A program made the translations under genes and the position numbers. Shown here one piece after another: positions 1 to 8,828 of a stretch of 37,289 nt of DNA. The stretch spans positions 1-37,289 of the IMG/VR virus record IMGVR_UViG_3300041955_000143. The stretch is one strand, 5' to 3'. This DNA comes from a virus (lineage: Duplodnaviria > Heunggongvirae > Uroviricota > Caudoviricetes). Each line of letters starts with the position of its first letter. Positions within the stretch are counted from its first letter, which is position 1. The notes beneath the pieces are model-generated. The model searched no databases. It was given only the letters and a program-made list of their open reading frames with translations, and was not told the DNA's origin.

Positions 1-69
1 TTGGGATTGTACCTCCAAAGAGGGTTCCCGCAGAACGGGAACAAGATTTTGGGAGACGTTTTTTCCCTG

Positions 70-98
70 ATGACAGAGCAGTGATAGTGCATTATACT
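70..98 (+). promoter_or_regulatory. Putative sigma70-type promoter facing antisense into the end of the late operon
   Basis: ATGACA (70-75), 17-nt spacer, TATACT (93-98). Confidence 0.4.
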
Positions 99-106
99 GC
101 TTCTGT

Positions 107-427
107 CTAGTTAGGGATAATCGCCGAATGATGTCGCTCATGCTTTATCCATTGATGTTCGCGCTCAATGACGGGATCGAACCAATCGCCCAACGGGTTG
201 TCTCCTGCGTAATAATTTGTGCAACCACCACTCTTGTCGCAGCGCAAGACGGCCCTGCCCCAATGAGCGCAAACGTCACCAGGGTTGAGCATAGTACATT
301 GCGTTGGGCTTCGTAACTGCCGCTTCCAAATATGATCCCTACCGAGATCGCTGAGATTATCCGCCCGATCCGAAATCCCACCTCCGCAAAGCGCGAGAAG
401 CATAGTCAATGCAGCTACGGTTTTCAT
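107..427 (-). CDS. Small exported or membrane-anchored Cys-containing protein (106 aa)
   Basis: Start re-called at ATG 427 (TGATG overlap with upstream stop); N-terminus MKTVAALTMLLALCGG is signal-like; 4 further Cys. Confidence 0.55.
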   Translation of the reverse strand: MKTVAALTMLLALCGGGISDRADNLSDLGRDHIWKRQLRSPTQCTMLNPGDVCAHWGRAVLRCDKSGGCTNYYAGDNPLGDWFDPVIEREHQWIKHERHHSAIIPN

Positions 428-594
428 CAGATCGGTCCAACTATCACCCGCAGCGCCACGACAGAGGCGGGCATCAGTAGAAGCCACCACGGACTGACGG
501 CAATTCCAAGCACCAAGCCGCCAATGATCATCCCGCCGATCACGACCTTCGTCACGGTATAGGCGATGTCGTTGGCGAGATTTAGGTTGGTCAT
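427..594 (-). CDS. 55-aa two-TM membrane protein, holin-like (not in ORF track)
   Basis: MTNLNLANDIAYTVTKVVIGGMIIGGLVLGIAVSPWWLLLMPASVVALRVIVGPI; GAGGTG SD upstream; stop overlaps next start; lies in lysis region. Confidence 0.65.
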   Translation of the reverse strand: MTNLNLANDIAYTVTKVVIGGMIIGGLVLGIAVSPWWLLLMPASVVALRVIVGPI

Positions 595-602
595 GCCCAG
601 GC

Positions 603-1079
603 TCACCTCTTTGCAGGCTGTGAGGTGCTAAACACCCTCTGGTAACATGCGATCCAATCTTTGCTGATACAGGTCTGGCTATCATCAAGGCTCATTGTAC
701 CACTACACATCACCTTGTGAAGCCGCAACTCCAAGCGATCTTTTACGCCAGCGCTCCATATCGTGTTTGTCCGGCTCTGTGGCCACAAATTTTTAAGATC
801 GTTACTCCCCCCGTTCCAAAGATCAATAAGGTGGTCGAGTTCATAGAGTTTAGCACAAGACTTCGGTCCAGTCGTGGGGCAAGTGATGCCGTACTCCTTG
901 AAGGCCGCCGTTCTGACCGATTGCGGCACATTCCTCACGCTGCCAGTACGAAAGGTCTTAGAACACAACTTCTCCTTGGTCAGCGTTGGATCGGCTTGTC
1001 CAGGCGTAAGTGAGGAATCAGGAAGATCGCCAGCGTAGGCCACGCAACATAGCGCGAGCAGAATGATAATCGAGCGCAT
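603..1079 (-). CDS. Signal-peptide-bearing HNH-family nuclease (158 aa)
   Basis: Start re-called at ATG 1079: MRSIIILLALCCVAYA|GDLPD; motifs TPG...LC, YELDHLIDLWNGGSNDLKNLWPQ, KDRLE..LH..MC.G typical of a secreted-type HNH family. Confidence 0.75.
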   Translation of the reverse strand: MRSIIILLALCCVAYAGDLPDSSLTPGQADPTLTKEKLCSKTFRTGSVRNVPQSVRTAAFKEYGITCPTTGPKSCAKLYELDHLIDLWNGGSNDLKNLWPQSRTNTIWSAGVKDRLELRLHKVMCSGTMSLDDSQTCISKDWIACYQRVFSTSQPAKR

Positions 1080-1087
1080 AGCGTCCC

Positions 1088-1192
1088 TCACATAGCCAGC
1101 AGTTTGGAAAACGCAGTCAGAACATCGTAAGCGACCATACCAAAGCCGAAAATTACAATCATCCAAACGACAATGCGGAATATGTCAGTCAT
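1088..1192 (-). CDS. 34-aa single-TM peptide (not in ORF track)
   Basis: MTDIFRIVVWMIVIFGFGMVAYDVLTAFSKLLAM; ATGA overlap with upstream gene stop at 1189-1191. Confidence 0.6.
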   Translation of the reverse strand: MTDIFRIVVWMIVIFGFGMVAYDVLTAFSKLLAM

Positions 1193-1374
1193 TTTAGTCT
1201 TTCCTCGACCTCAGCCATCGTCTCGCGTACCTTCACATAGCCGCACATTGCCATGATAACCGTCATCGCCTCATCTGGGTCGATTACTTTGTGATGCTCG
1301 GTCAAAATCATGTTGCCGCCTGTATCAATAGCAACGACAGTCCCATCGGGCGCGGTGAAGTGGACGAATTTCAT
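1189..1374 (-). CDS. Small hypothetical protein (61 aa)
   Basis: Start re-called at ATG 1374 (MKFVHFTAPDGTVVAID...VKVRETMAEVEERLK); coupled to downstream ORF. Confidence 0.6.
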   Translation of the reverse strand: MKFVHFTAPDGTVVAIDTGGNMILTEHHKVIDPDEAMTVIMAMCGYVKVRETMAEVEERLK

Positions 1375-1492
1375 AATTTCACCATGTCCAACGCTGAATC
1401 GGAAACGCCATAGCAGCCATACAATAAAACGGATATGGCCCTCGTTCCATGAACGAGCCCTAGGCCCCACCTCTCGGCATGGTTGTATTCCT

Positions 1493-2626
1493 TTATTTTA
1501 CGCGGGCGAATTGCAGATGCATTCCGTCAACGCTCGATCCAGACCAGTTGCCTCCCCACACAGCGCCTTCCTTTTTGAACTCAACGATAAGCGGCGATTG
1601 ATCGGTAAACAAATGCTTCTGCGAGTGCTGCTGGTTTTCCTCGGCATCCCAGTCGATAGCGGCGGCGAAGGCGTGCATGGAGAGAACGCTTATAGGCGCA
1701 TCCAACTTGGTAAGACTGACCGCCAGATCATCGTTTGCAAGCGCTGGCACGAACACGTCGCCATAAGACACTGACCTGATGGGCCGGAAGTTATAGCTGC
1801 CGCTGTATCGGTCGTAGTGTAGCGCGTTGATCTTATCGACGCTCTTGCCTACGTCGTTCCAGACGTTGTTGAGAACGCGGGTGAGGCTTGCGGCAACCTT
1901 CTTATGAATTAGGATGCTGTGCAGCGTAGAAGTCTCGAAGTGCAGAGGCCACGGACAGGGAACCTGTACGGTGTTGGCCTCCAGCCATCCCGGCTGGCGT
2001 GGGTCGCCGTAGAACGCGATGCACTGCGATTGCAGCGGCCACCGACTCTGAGCCGGTGTAAGTGCAGCCGCGAGCGGCTTGGGTTGAGCCATCTGCAACG
2101 CTTGCAGCGTCACGCGATTGTTGCGGTTAGTCCAGCCTTTTGCGTATTTCGCCCAGCCTGCGGTTTTCTTTTTCTCTGCAAGCCACAGATTGCCGATGTC
2201 GGAAATGAGTTGCGCTGCATCCGCTGCTTTAGCGGCATCTATGTCAGCATCCGTCAAAAGCCCGACATGGGACTTGAGCGCATCCTGCAAGAGATCAATG
2301 CCGCCGCGCACCCCAAGATTCACCTCGGCATCAAATACGCGATAATCCACTCCGCTTGGCAAGTCATCAAATCTGATCGGCGGCATGAATTGGGCAACGT
2401 AAAACGCCCTTGCCGCGCTCTCGGTCAGATTGATAATGTCCTCGATGGTTGCTGGCGGCTTGCCTAGCTTCTTGTAATAATCGGACAACGCGGACACGCT
2501 CACGCCGTATCGCGAAGCGCCGCCAGGCTCCCCCTCCCCCGGCGGCGTGCCCGGTGGGTTGAGGTTGAGTTCCGATCCTTCACTTTCGATCAGGTAGTCA
2601 AGCGATAGCGTTTGGTTGATGTTCAT
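1493..2626 (-). CDS. Endolysin: N-terminal glycosyl hydrolase 108 lysozyme plus C-terminal M15-family peptidase
   Basis: SEG...EPGGASRYGV and FDAEVNLG (GH108); IHKKVA, YSGSYNFR, SMHAFAAAIDWD, WGGNW..DGMHLQ (M15C-like Zn peptidase); GAGGTGG SD. Confidence 0.85.
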   Translation of the reverse strand: MNINQTLSLDYLIESEGSELNLNPPGTPPGEGEPGGASRYGVSVSALSDYYKKLGKPPATIEDIINLTESAARAFYVAQFMPPIRFDDLPSGVDYRVFDAEVNLGVRGGIDLLQDALKSHVGLLTDADIDAAKAADAAQLISDIGNLWLAEKKKTAGWAKYAKGWTNRNNRVTLQALQMAQPKPLAAALTPAQSRWPLQSQCIAFYGDPRQPGWLEANTVQVPCPWPLHFETSTLHSILIHKKVAASLTRVLNNVWNDVGKSVDKINALHYDRYSGSYNFRPIRSVSYGDVFVPALANDDLAVSLTKLDAPISVLSMHAFAAAIDWDAEENQQHSQKHLFTDQSPLIVEFKKEGAVWGGNWSGSSVDGMHLQFARVK

Positions 2627-2638
2627 CGCTCCACCTCA

Positions 2639-2761
2639 TCATCCGTGGCCGATAAAAAAATACACGAACATCGCAATCACTACCACGACTACGCTCATGC
2701 TGAGAAGAATACCTGCCGCGGTGCCAGCGAAACTGTTGCGGCCCGCAGGCGTCGGTGCCAT
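2639..2761 (-). CDS. 40-aa single-TM peptide immediately upstream of the endolysin, possible holin or lysis regulator (not in ORF track)
   Basis: AAGGAG SD at 2769-2774; MAPTPAGRNSFAGTAAGILLSMSVVVVVIAMFVYFFIGHG. Confidence 0.65.
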   Translation of the reverse strand: MAPTPAGRNSFAGTAAGILLSMSVVVVVIAMFVYFFIGHG

Positions 2762-2775
2762 TGATGCGCTCCTTG

Positions 2776-4554
2776 TTAAAGGTTGCTACCAGCCGGGGCG
2801 TAGCACGACGTACCGGCACCGAGCGAGTATCCTGGCGCGGTCGTGTTGCCGCTCACAAGATTGTTCGCCACTATGCAGCCGCTAGATGTTCCAGCATCTA
2901 CGATGACGCCGTAGCCAGCGTTGGCAGTAGCGGTATTCCCCGTTATGCTGAAATCGGTAACATTAGCCGCGACCTCTATGCCATGCTTGCTAGCGGTCGT
3001 CAGCCCGTTGTTGTTGAACACGTTGCCGACGAAGACGACGCGAGTGCCGCCGTTGACCAACACCCCATCATTACCGTTGTTTATGAAAAGATTTCCCTGG
3101 AACGTATTGCTGTCGCCAGCCGTATGTGTAAGCCCCGGATAACCAGCGCCCGTCCGTCCACCGCTGAACCAGTTTCCAGTAAAGGAATTGTTGCTTCCGT
3201 TTGTAATGACGGAACCTTGCGCCGAACTGTCAAAAAATGCACCTTTAATTAGATTAAATTGGGGTTCGTTACCGCCATTTGGCGCTATCTCCAGTGCGTA
3301 CTTTGCGCCGTTGTACCACTCGCCGCCGACAATCGAGTTGCCTTGCGAGGCTCCATATATGTACAGATCTGCTTCGGTCGCGCCGTTCAGTACGGTGACG
3401 TTCGTCAGCGCATTATTTGCGGCGGTGGCAATATCTATTCCGATGTACGTTGGGCTGAGAACTTCAACATTCGTCGTCACAGACGTATTGTTGCCGTTGT
3501 AATAAATGCCGATCCAAGGCTGATAGATATTAACGTCGCGAATCACTGGATAGTTCTGACTTCCGGAGGCGCCAGCAGTCACGCATATTGCGGCGCCATT
3601 ACTTGCATCCCCGCCGCATGAGCCGCCAGTGGTGCCAGCGCTGCTATAATTTATATTGAAGTTGGAAAGAACGACGTTGGTGTGCGAAACGATAATTCCG
3701 GTCGCCGTCGCGCTGGTGACGCTGACGATCGAGCTCGGACCATCACCAGTAATGCACGTTCCGGCGGCGGGGGTGACGGCGGCAGAGATGGCGACGGTTG
3801 TTCCACCGGGAATATAGACGCAGCCGACACCACTTGCCGCAGTCAGCGCAGCGGCCAAGCTGACGTAATTGTTGACGTTGTACCAAGCAGCACCGCAGAG
3901 ACCGCCGCTGACAAGTCCGGCCGAACTCGCCTGCAAACACTGCGTCAATCCGGTCACGCTGCCGAGCGTCAACGCGCCAGTAATCGTCGTGACGGGAGTG
4001 ATCGTCACTCGTCCCGTTGAGATAGAACCGATGCCGATGGTGCCGCTGCCCTTGGCGTTCAGCGTCAGGTTCTCATTCGTTCCGGTTGACAATACAGAAA
4101 CGGCAACGCCGCCCGTTGCGGCAGCGCTTTTGATATTCAGCCCGGTAACCGCGCTAGAAGTCGAAGCATCCACATTGAGCGAGGGGTTTGTCGTGCCGTT
4201 TGGGCCAACAGAAAGCGCATTGGCGCTGACCGAAGTCAGATTAACCGTATTGCAAGCGAGAGTGGTCGATCCCGTCGCGACTGTGCAAACATTGCTGCCG
4301 GACTTGTTCTTGAGCGTGAAGTCACTAACGCTGCCTTGGCCAATAATGGCCGCGCCGATAGTGCCGCCGCCGCCGAAAGTTGCCTGTCCGTTAGAGCTGA
4401 TCGTTGCCAAGCCACCAGAAAACAGCACTGGGTTGGGCAGCACCAGCGGATTATTCATAAGCTGACCCGGCACGGTCGTCACGCTCGCGGCCTGAGCGTG
4501 CGCCAGCGTGGGCGCAACGAGCAGAGTGAGAGCGATGAACAAGCGAGCGAGCAT
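2776..4554 (-). CDS. Tailspike-like protein with right-handed beta-helix (pectin-lyase-like) and N-terminal signal peptide
   Basis: MLARLFIALTLLVAPTLAHA|QAA; YNVNNY...GCVYIPGG beta-helix start; Asn-rich repeats (TGNWFSG, QGNLFINN, VGNVFNNN, ANNLVSGN). Confidence 0.75.
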   Translation of the reverse strand: MLARLFIALTLLVAPTLAHAQAASVTTVPGQLMNNPLVLPNPVLFSGGLATISSNGQATFGGGGTIGAAIIGQGSVSDFTLKNKSGSNVCTVATGSTTLACNTVNLTSVSANALSVGPNGTTNPSLNVDASTSSAVTGLNIKSAAATGGVAVSVLSTGTNENLTLNAKGSGTIGIGSISTGRVTITPVTTITGALTLGSVTGLTQCLQASSAGLVSGGLCGAAWYNVNNYVSLAAALTAASGVGCVYIPGGTTVAISAAVTPAAGTCITGDGPSSIVSVTSATATGIIVSHTNVVLSNFNINYSSAGTTGGSCGGDASNGAAICVTAGASGSQNYPVIRDVNIYQPWIGIYYNGNNTSVTTNVEVLSPTYIGIDIATAANNALTNVTVLNGATEADLYIYGASQGNSIVGGEWYNGAKYALEIAPNGGNEPQFNLIKGAFFDSSAQGSVITNGSNNSFTGNWFSGGRTGAGYPGLTHTAGDSNTFQGNLFINNGNDGVLVNGGTRVVFVGNVFNNNGLTTASKHGIEVAANVTDFSITGNTATANAGYGVIVDAGTSSGCIVANNLVSGNTTAPGYSLGAGTSCYAPAGSNL

Positions 4555-4555
4555 G

Positions 4556-5161
4556 TTACTGTCCTGTGTTCGTCAAGAGAAGTTGATGGCCGGTAGAAGA
4601 GCTAGTCGGAGTGTAAATTATCTGGATAACACCGCCAAAGCCAGAGCCGCCAAGACCGTTAGGATTGCCTGCGCCACCACCACCACCGTAACCCGTCGCA
4701 TCGCCGCCGCCAGAGCTACCGCCTTCCCCCGCTGGGGGATTCGGATAGTTGCCCGCGCTGCCGCCTGGACCACCTTGGCTGGTACTGCCGCCAGAGTACT
4801 TAATAGTCCCAGTTCCACCACTGCCGCCAATAGTACCGTGGCCGGCTGGGGCACTGAGGATAGCTCCGAAAGTTGCGGCTTGACCGCTGCCAGGAGCGCC
4901 GGAAGAGTATGCTATGTTCGCGCCAGGAGTGACGGCGTAGTTGTCTATCTCATCCCAGGCACCGCCACCGCCGCCGTTACCAGGGTTGAGCGCATCGCCA
5001 TCAGTGCCATTAGCTCCAGGCCCGATGGCGATGGCGCTGGTGATTAAAGTACAATTTGCCGGGACGGTCCAATTTCCGTTTCCCGTCAGCGTGACAGTTA
5101 CCGCGAACGCACTGACGCTCCACAGCGAGAACAGCAAGGCGATGAGAAGTCGCTTAATCAA
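4556..5161 (-). CDS. Glycine-rich virion-type protein with signal peptide (TTG start)
   Basis: MIKRLLIALLFSLWSVSAFA|VT; WTVPANC...GPGANG...GGGGGA and GGSGFGGVIQIIY typical of phage Gly-rich domains; TTGA overlap with upstream stop. Confidence 0.7.
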   Translation of the reverse strand: MIKRLLIALLFSLWSVSAFAVTVTLTGNGNWTVPANCTLITSAIAIGPGANGTDGDALNPGNGGGGGAWDEIDNYAVTPGANIAYSSGAPGSGQAATFGAILSAPAGHGTIGGSGGTGTIKYSGGSTSQGGPGGSAGNYPNPPAGEGGSSGGGDATGYGGGGGAGNPNGLGGSGFGGVIQIIYTPTSSSTGHQLLLTNTGQ

Positions 5162-5979
5162 AGTGAGTTGTATCCTTGGCCATTGCAGTAGATCGTAGCA
5201 GCGTTTGCGCTAAGCGTTGCGGTTAGCGCACTGTTGGCGCTATTTGATCTGAGCGGAACAGGGAAGGTGACATTTGTTCCACCTCCTGCGGGGACTATAA
5301 ATACACTCCCAGCAGTATCGTTCAACAGTACGGTGATAGTTGTTGCGCTTGTATTTGAACATTGCATCGAAGTCAGATATTCGTAAACGCTTGCCGTACC
5401 GCTTGCAGCAAGCAACGTAATTGTCGTTCCTGTGACAGATGATTGACCTCCGCTGCGCGACATCATCGCCCTCGGCGCGTAGGGCACATTCGTCAGTTTG
5501 CCGTCGAGGTCGGCTACGCATCCGGCCAACTGCCCGGTCGTTACCGCGGTCTGCTGCGTGCTTAGTCCGGCGCAGCCGCCGAGCCTCGCGTTCGCTGGCA
5601 GCGTGCTCGCGGTCGCACCGATGGCCCAGTTCGCCGCAGTAGTCGGATTGACCGTGCCGATCGCGGCGGTCCCCGCGGTGATCTGCGCGAAGATCGGATT
5701 GCCGGAAGCGTTTACCGCGTTGCCTTGCAGGAGGTTTGTGTAGGAACCGTTGGTCGCGGAGATGGCCGAACCGCCAATCGTGTTGGCGGTCAACAGATCG
5801 CCGTTCACGGTGCATTGCAGCAGGCTTCCTTGCCCGTTCAGTAGTGTCTGTCCGCTCGCAATATATTGGCACCCGGTCACGCCGCGCGGGATGCCGCTAA
5901 GACCGGGAAGCTGGGCGAGTTGCGCGTTCGCTACGGACGGCGCGAACAGCAGTAGAAGCGTAATCAGCAACCGTCTCAT
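5158..5979 (-). CDS. Exported-type beta-rich structural protein (273 aa)
   Basis: MRRLLITLLLLFAPSVANA|QL; C-terminal small beta-sandwich (YEYLTSMQCSN...FPVPLRS...IYCNGQGY). Confidence 0.65.
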   Translation of the reverse strand: MRRLLITLLLLFAPSVANAQLAQLPGLSGIPRGVTGCQYIASGQTLLNGQGSLLQCTVNGDLLTANTIGGSAISATNGSYTNLLQGNAVNASGNPIFAQITAGTAAIGTVNPTTAANWAIGATASTLPANARLGGCAGLSTQQTAVTTGQLAGCVADLDGKLTNVPYAPRAMMSRSGGQSSVTGTTITLLAASGTASVYEYLTSMQCSNTSATTITVLLNDTAGSVFIVPAGGGTNVTFPVPLRSNSANSALTATLSANAATIYCNGQGYNSL

Positions 5980-5989
5980 TGCGGTATCC

Positions 5990-6484
5990 TTAATAGTCTA
6001 GGCAGGTCACTTGGGCGTTGATGACGGCGCTGCCCGTGACAAATGCCGAAGCAAAAGTCGCTTGCAGCGTATCTCCGTTTATCAAGGTGACGTAGGCGTT
6101 ACCGTTTTGATCCACAGCAAGGCCGGGCCAGTTGCCTGCCGAGCTTATCGGAACAGGAGGAATGCCCGTAGCGAAGCCCGCACCGGCTGGAAGCGTCACG
6201 GCGGTCCCGCCATACAGGACTGTTGAATTGACAACCTGCACCGTGAGCAAATGTGGCGTTGCCGCTTCGCTATTTGTTGCCCATAGGCCGAAACAAATCG
6301 AACCATTCGCGCCACCAGTGTAGAGCGTCTTGTAGGTTCCCGCAGCATCGGTCCCTTGCTTGAACTGCACGACGCCCCGACTTGGGTTTTGTGCGCTGAT
6401 GATACTATTCGCTGTCACACCAGCAGCCTCGGCGCCCGATATTCCGAGCGCGAGGAAAGCCGCAATAATCAATCGTCCAAACAT
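5990..6484 (-). CDS. Exported-type beta-rich structural protein (164 aa)
   Basis: MFGRLIIAAFLALGISGAEA|AG; beta-strand-rich, in fibre cluster. Confidence 0.65.
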   Translation of the reverse strand: MFGRLIIAAFLALGISGAEAAGVTANSIISAQNPSRGVVQFKQGTDAAGTYKTLYTGGANGSICFGLWATNSEAATPHLLTVQVVNSTVLYGGTAVTLPAGAGFATGIPPVPISSAGNWPGLAVDQNGNAYVTLINGDTLQATFASAFVTGSAVINAQVTCLDY

Positions 6485-6485
6485 T

Positions 6486-8828
6486 TCATATCCCTCCTAG
6501 AGCGAGAACGGCGAGCGTACTAGCGGCTTGAACGTATTTAGATTCACGCGCGAACGCGAGATTCGCGCTGGTGATCTGTGTTGCTGCGAAACTAAGCGAA
6601 CTCACCGCCTCGTTTTGTAGCACATGGCTTGAATCGGTCGTTAGAAGGTAGGCTGTCGTCGACCCGGTAACCGTCGTCGAGTTGATGGCAACGCTCGTTG
6701 CTACACCGCATGATTGCTGTCCAAGCACGGGCCCAGCGGCGACATAGAGGCAATCGCCTGGAGTTCCGTTCGTTACTGTTGTCGCTCCGCCACCGACTAC
6801 GATTGCCGTCGCGGGAGAGCCGATAACGGAAAGTACGCCGGAGCCGTCAATGGCGATGCTTGTCCCATCCGGCTTGCTGCATCCAACCAAGCCCGTTCCG
6901 GTCACGGCCGTCGCGGTGACGCAGTTCAATGTCGTGCTCGAGAACGCCAACGTCACGCCAAGAGTAATGCCTTCTGCATTTGCGGGCGATCCTGTTGGAT
7001 TGCCGACGAGAGAACTCGCCGCAACTTGCTGGAACTTCGCGTATGTAACCGCATTCGCCGCGATAGTTGCCGCCGCGCTGCCCGGGCCGCTCGCCGTAAC
7101 ATCGCTCGTCAGTGCGGTTATGCCCGCCGCAGCGAACGCACCAGTCCCTAATGCGCCGCCTGCTCCGCTCGATGTGATCGCGCTGCCGACGCCGATTGTC
7201 GTATTCGCCAGCGCGGTCGTGCCGGTCACTGCCAGCGCATTTGAGCCAATGGTGGCCCCACCGATCGCGAGAGACGTCGCTGTCGCTACGCCCAATGCTG
7301 GAGTGACGAGCGATGCCCCGGTCGTCGCTACGAGATTGCCAGAGCCGTTTAACGTCGCGGCACTGATAGCAGTGCCGTTGCCCTGTAGGATGCCTGTGAT
7401 GGTGGTCTGTATCGAGATTGCTGGTGTTGTTTGGTAAGTTGCGACAACCCCAGCGAAGCCATTGACCGAGGTCACGCTGACGCTAGTGACGGTGCCAGTG
7501 GAGAGGGAAGCGGTCCCCCAAGTGGCATAGACGGTGTTCTGCGCTAAGATCGGATTGGCGAATGTCACCACGCCGGTCGAGAGGTTAACTGTCCAAGCAG
7601 ACGGTGCGGGCTGTGCGACACCATCCTCGAAGATTTCGAGGACGGCTTGGCTCGCGGGCAGACTAGAGAGTGTGAGTTGGCAATTCGTTATAGGAGAACA
7701 TGCCGCACCAGGAGTGTAATTGACGTTGGCGACAAACGTCTGGTTATGCCAAGTGCTGCCGCCTCCACCGCCGCCGCTGCCGCAGGCACTACCAGAATCC
7801 GCGACACCACCAGCTATGCCATTAGGTCCAGCGGCGACTTGGATACAGTCGCCGGGAACAAACGAGCCGACCTGAAACGCTAAATTACTGGCGACGGGAG
7901 GCAATCCAATGAGATTGCCGTTATAGGTTAGCGTAGCGCCACCGACAATGGTTAGCCCGGTAATGATCGAAACGGAGGTGAATGCTGCACTGTTCGGCGT
8001 ACCGCCAACGCCGATGGGTGGCGGTGTGAGAAAATTCTGTGTGGCGAAAGTACCGAGGCCGAGATTGCTGCGGGCCGTGGCAAAGCTCGTCAGGTCGCTC
8101 AAATTATTCGTTGTTACAAGCGCATTGGTGATGCCGTAACCAGCAACCGTGGTCGGTGTCGAGCCAATCTGTGCGAAAGTGTAATCCCCGCTTTGCGCGA
8201 CGACGGCCCCGGCACGTCCGAATACAGAGGTGACGAGCCCAGCCCCGACCAGCGCGCTCTGAACGAATTGGTCTGTCGCAAGTCTTGTGCTATTATCCCC
8301 ATTACTTTGCGTCGTCCCGGTCACCCCGTTCGGCAATGCGGTGGACATGGAAAGCGCACCAGCAGATCCGGAGACCAGTACGCTATTATTCGCCCCGACA
8401 ACCTCGACAAGCGCACCGCCATTGTCCGCAAGTAACCTGTTGGCCGCGCCGCCAGTGATCGGCGTGCTGTTGACAATAAGGGTTCCGCTACCGCCGCCAG
8501 GCTGCCATGAGGTCAGCCCTGCGCCGTCCGTCGTCAAGACGAAACCATTGGTGCCCGCGTTTACCGGCAGGGTAAAAGTCCATGAACCCGTCGCGGCCGG
8601 CGCTTGCACGGCAACAACGCCAAGCGACCCCGACCCGACAAGCCCGAGCGACCCTGTGACACCAGAGCTTCCAAGCGTCGGATTTGCGGTAGCGATTGGC
8701 GGGGCTTGGGAAATCCCTGGGTTGCCGCAAAGCTGGCCAGGCTGGAATTGGCCAGTACATTCGGCAAATGCGCTTGAAGTAATAAGCACGAAAAAAATCG
8801 CGAAGAATATAGTAGTGCGCAACCTCAT
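6486..8828 (-). CDS. Long tail-fibre-like protein with signal peptide (780 aa)
   Basis: MRLRTTIFFAIFFVLITSSAFA|EC; fibre motifs VTSVFGRAGAVVAQSGDY, NNLSDL, NAVTYAKFQQVAA, GTVTSV; Gly/Ser/Thr-rich. Confidence 0.7.
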   Translation of the reverse strand: MRLRTTIFFAIFFVLITSSAFAECTGQFQPGQLCGNPGISQAPPIATANPTLGSSGVTGSLGLVGSGSLGVVAVQAPAATGSWTFTLPVNAGTNGFVLTTDGAGLTSWQPGGGSGTLIVNSTPITGGAANRLLADNGGALVEVVGANNSVLVSGSAGALSMSTALPNGVTGTTQSNGDNSTRLATDQFVQSALVGAGLVTSVFGRAGAVVAQSGDYTFAQIGSTPTTVAGYGITNALVTTNNLSDLTSFATARSNLGLGTFATQNFLTPPPIGVGGTPNSAAFTSVSIITGLTIVGGATLTYNGNLIGLPPVASNLAFQVGSFVPGDCIQVAAGPNGIAGGVADSGSACGSGGGGGGSTWHNQTFVANVNYTPGAACSPITNCQLTLSSLPASQAVLEIFEDGVAQPAPSAWTVNLSTGVVTFANPILAQNTVYATWGTASLSTGTVTSVSVTSVNGFAGVVATYQTTPAISIQTTITGILQGNGTAISAATLNGSGNLVATTGASLVTPALGVATATSLAIGGATIGSNALAVTGTTALANTTIGVGSAITSSGAGGALGTGAFAAAGITALTSDVTASGPGSAAATIAANAVTYAKFQQVAASSLVGNPTGSPANAEGITLGVTLAFSSTTLNCVTATAVTGTGLVGCSKPDGTSIAIDGSGVLSVIGSPATAIVVGGGATTVTNGTPGDCLYVAAGPVLGQQSCGVATSVAINSTTVTGSTTAYLLTTDSSHVLQNEAVSSLSFAATQITSANLAFARESKYVQAASTLAVLALGGI

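Noticed and set aside
24-42. Hairpin GTTCCCG-CAGAA-CGGGAAC downstream of the last gene
   Set aside because: Plausible terminator but lacks a clear U tract on the minus strand and sits at the window edge
107-427. Lipoprotein (o-spanin) call for MKTVAALTMLLALC-GG
   Set aside because: The -1 residue is Leu rather than Gly/Ala/Ser and the mature part is not Pro-rich like typical o-spanins
1371-1480. Strong SD plus ATG giving only MPRGGA-stop; a 2-nt deletion would give a 35-aa ORF with LLYGC ending in an ATGA overlap with the next gene; 7-bp hairpin at 1441-1457
   Set aside because: Could be a frameshifted small lipoprotein or spanin relic, but the lipobox is non-canonical and no homology can be shown, so it is not called
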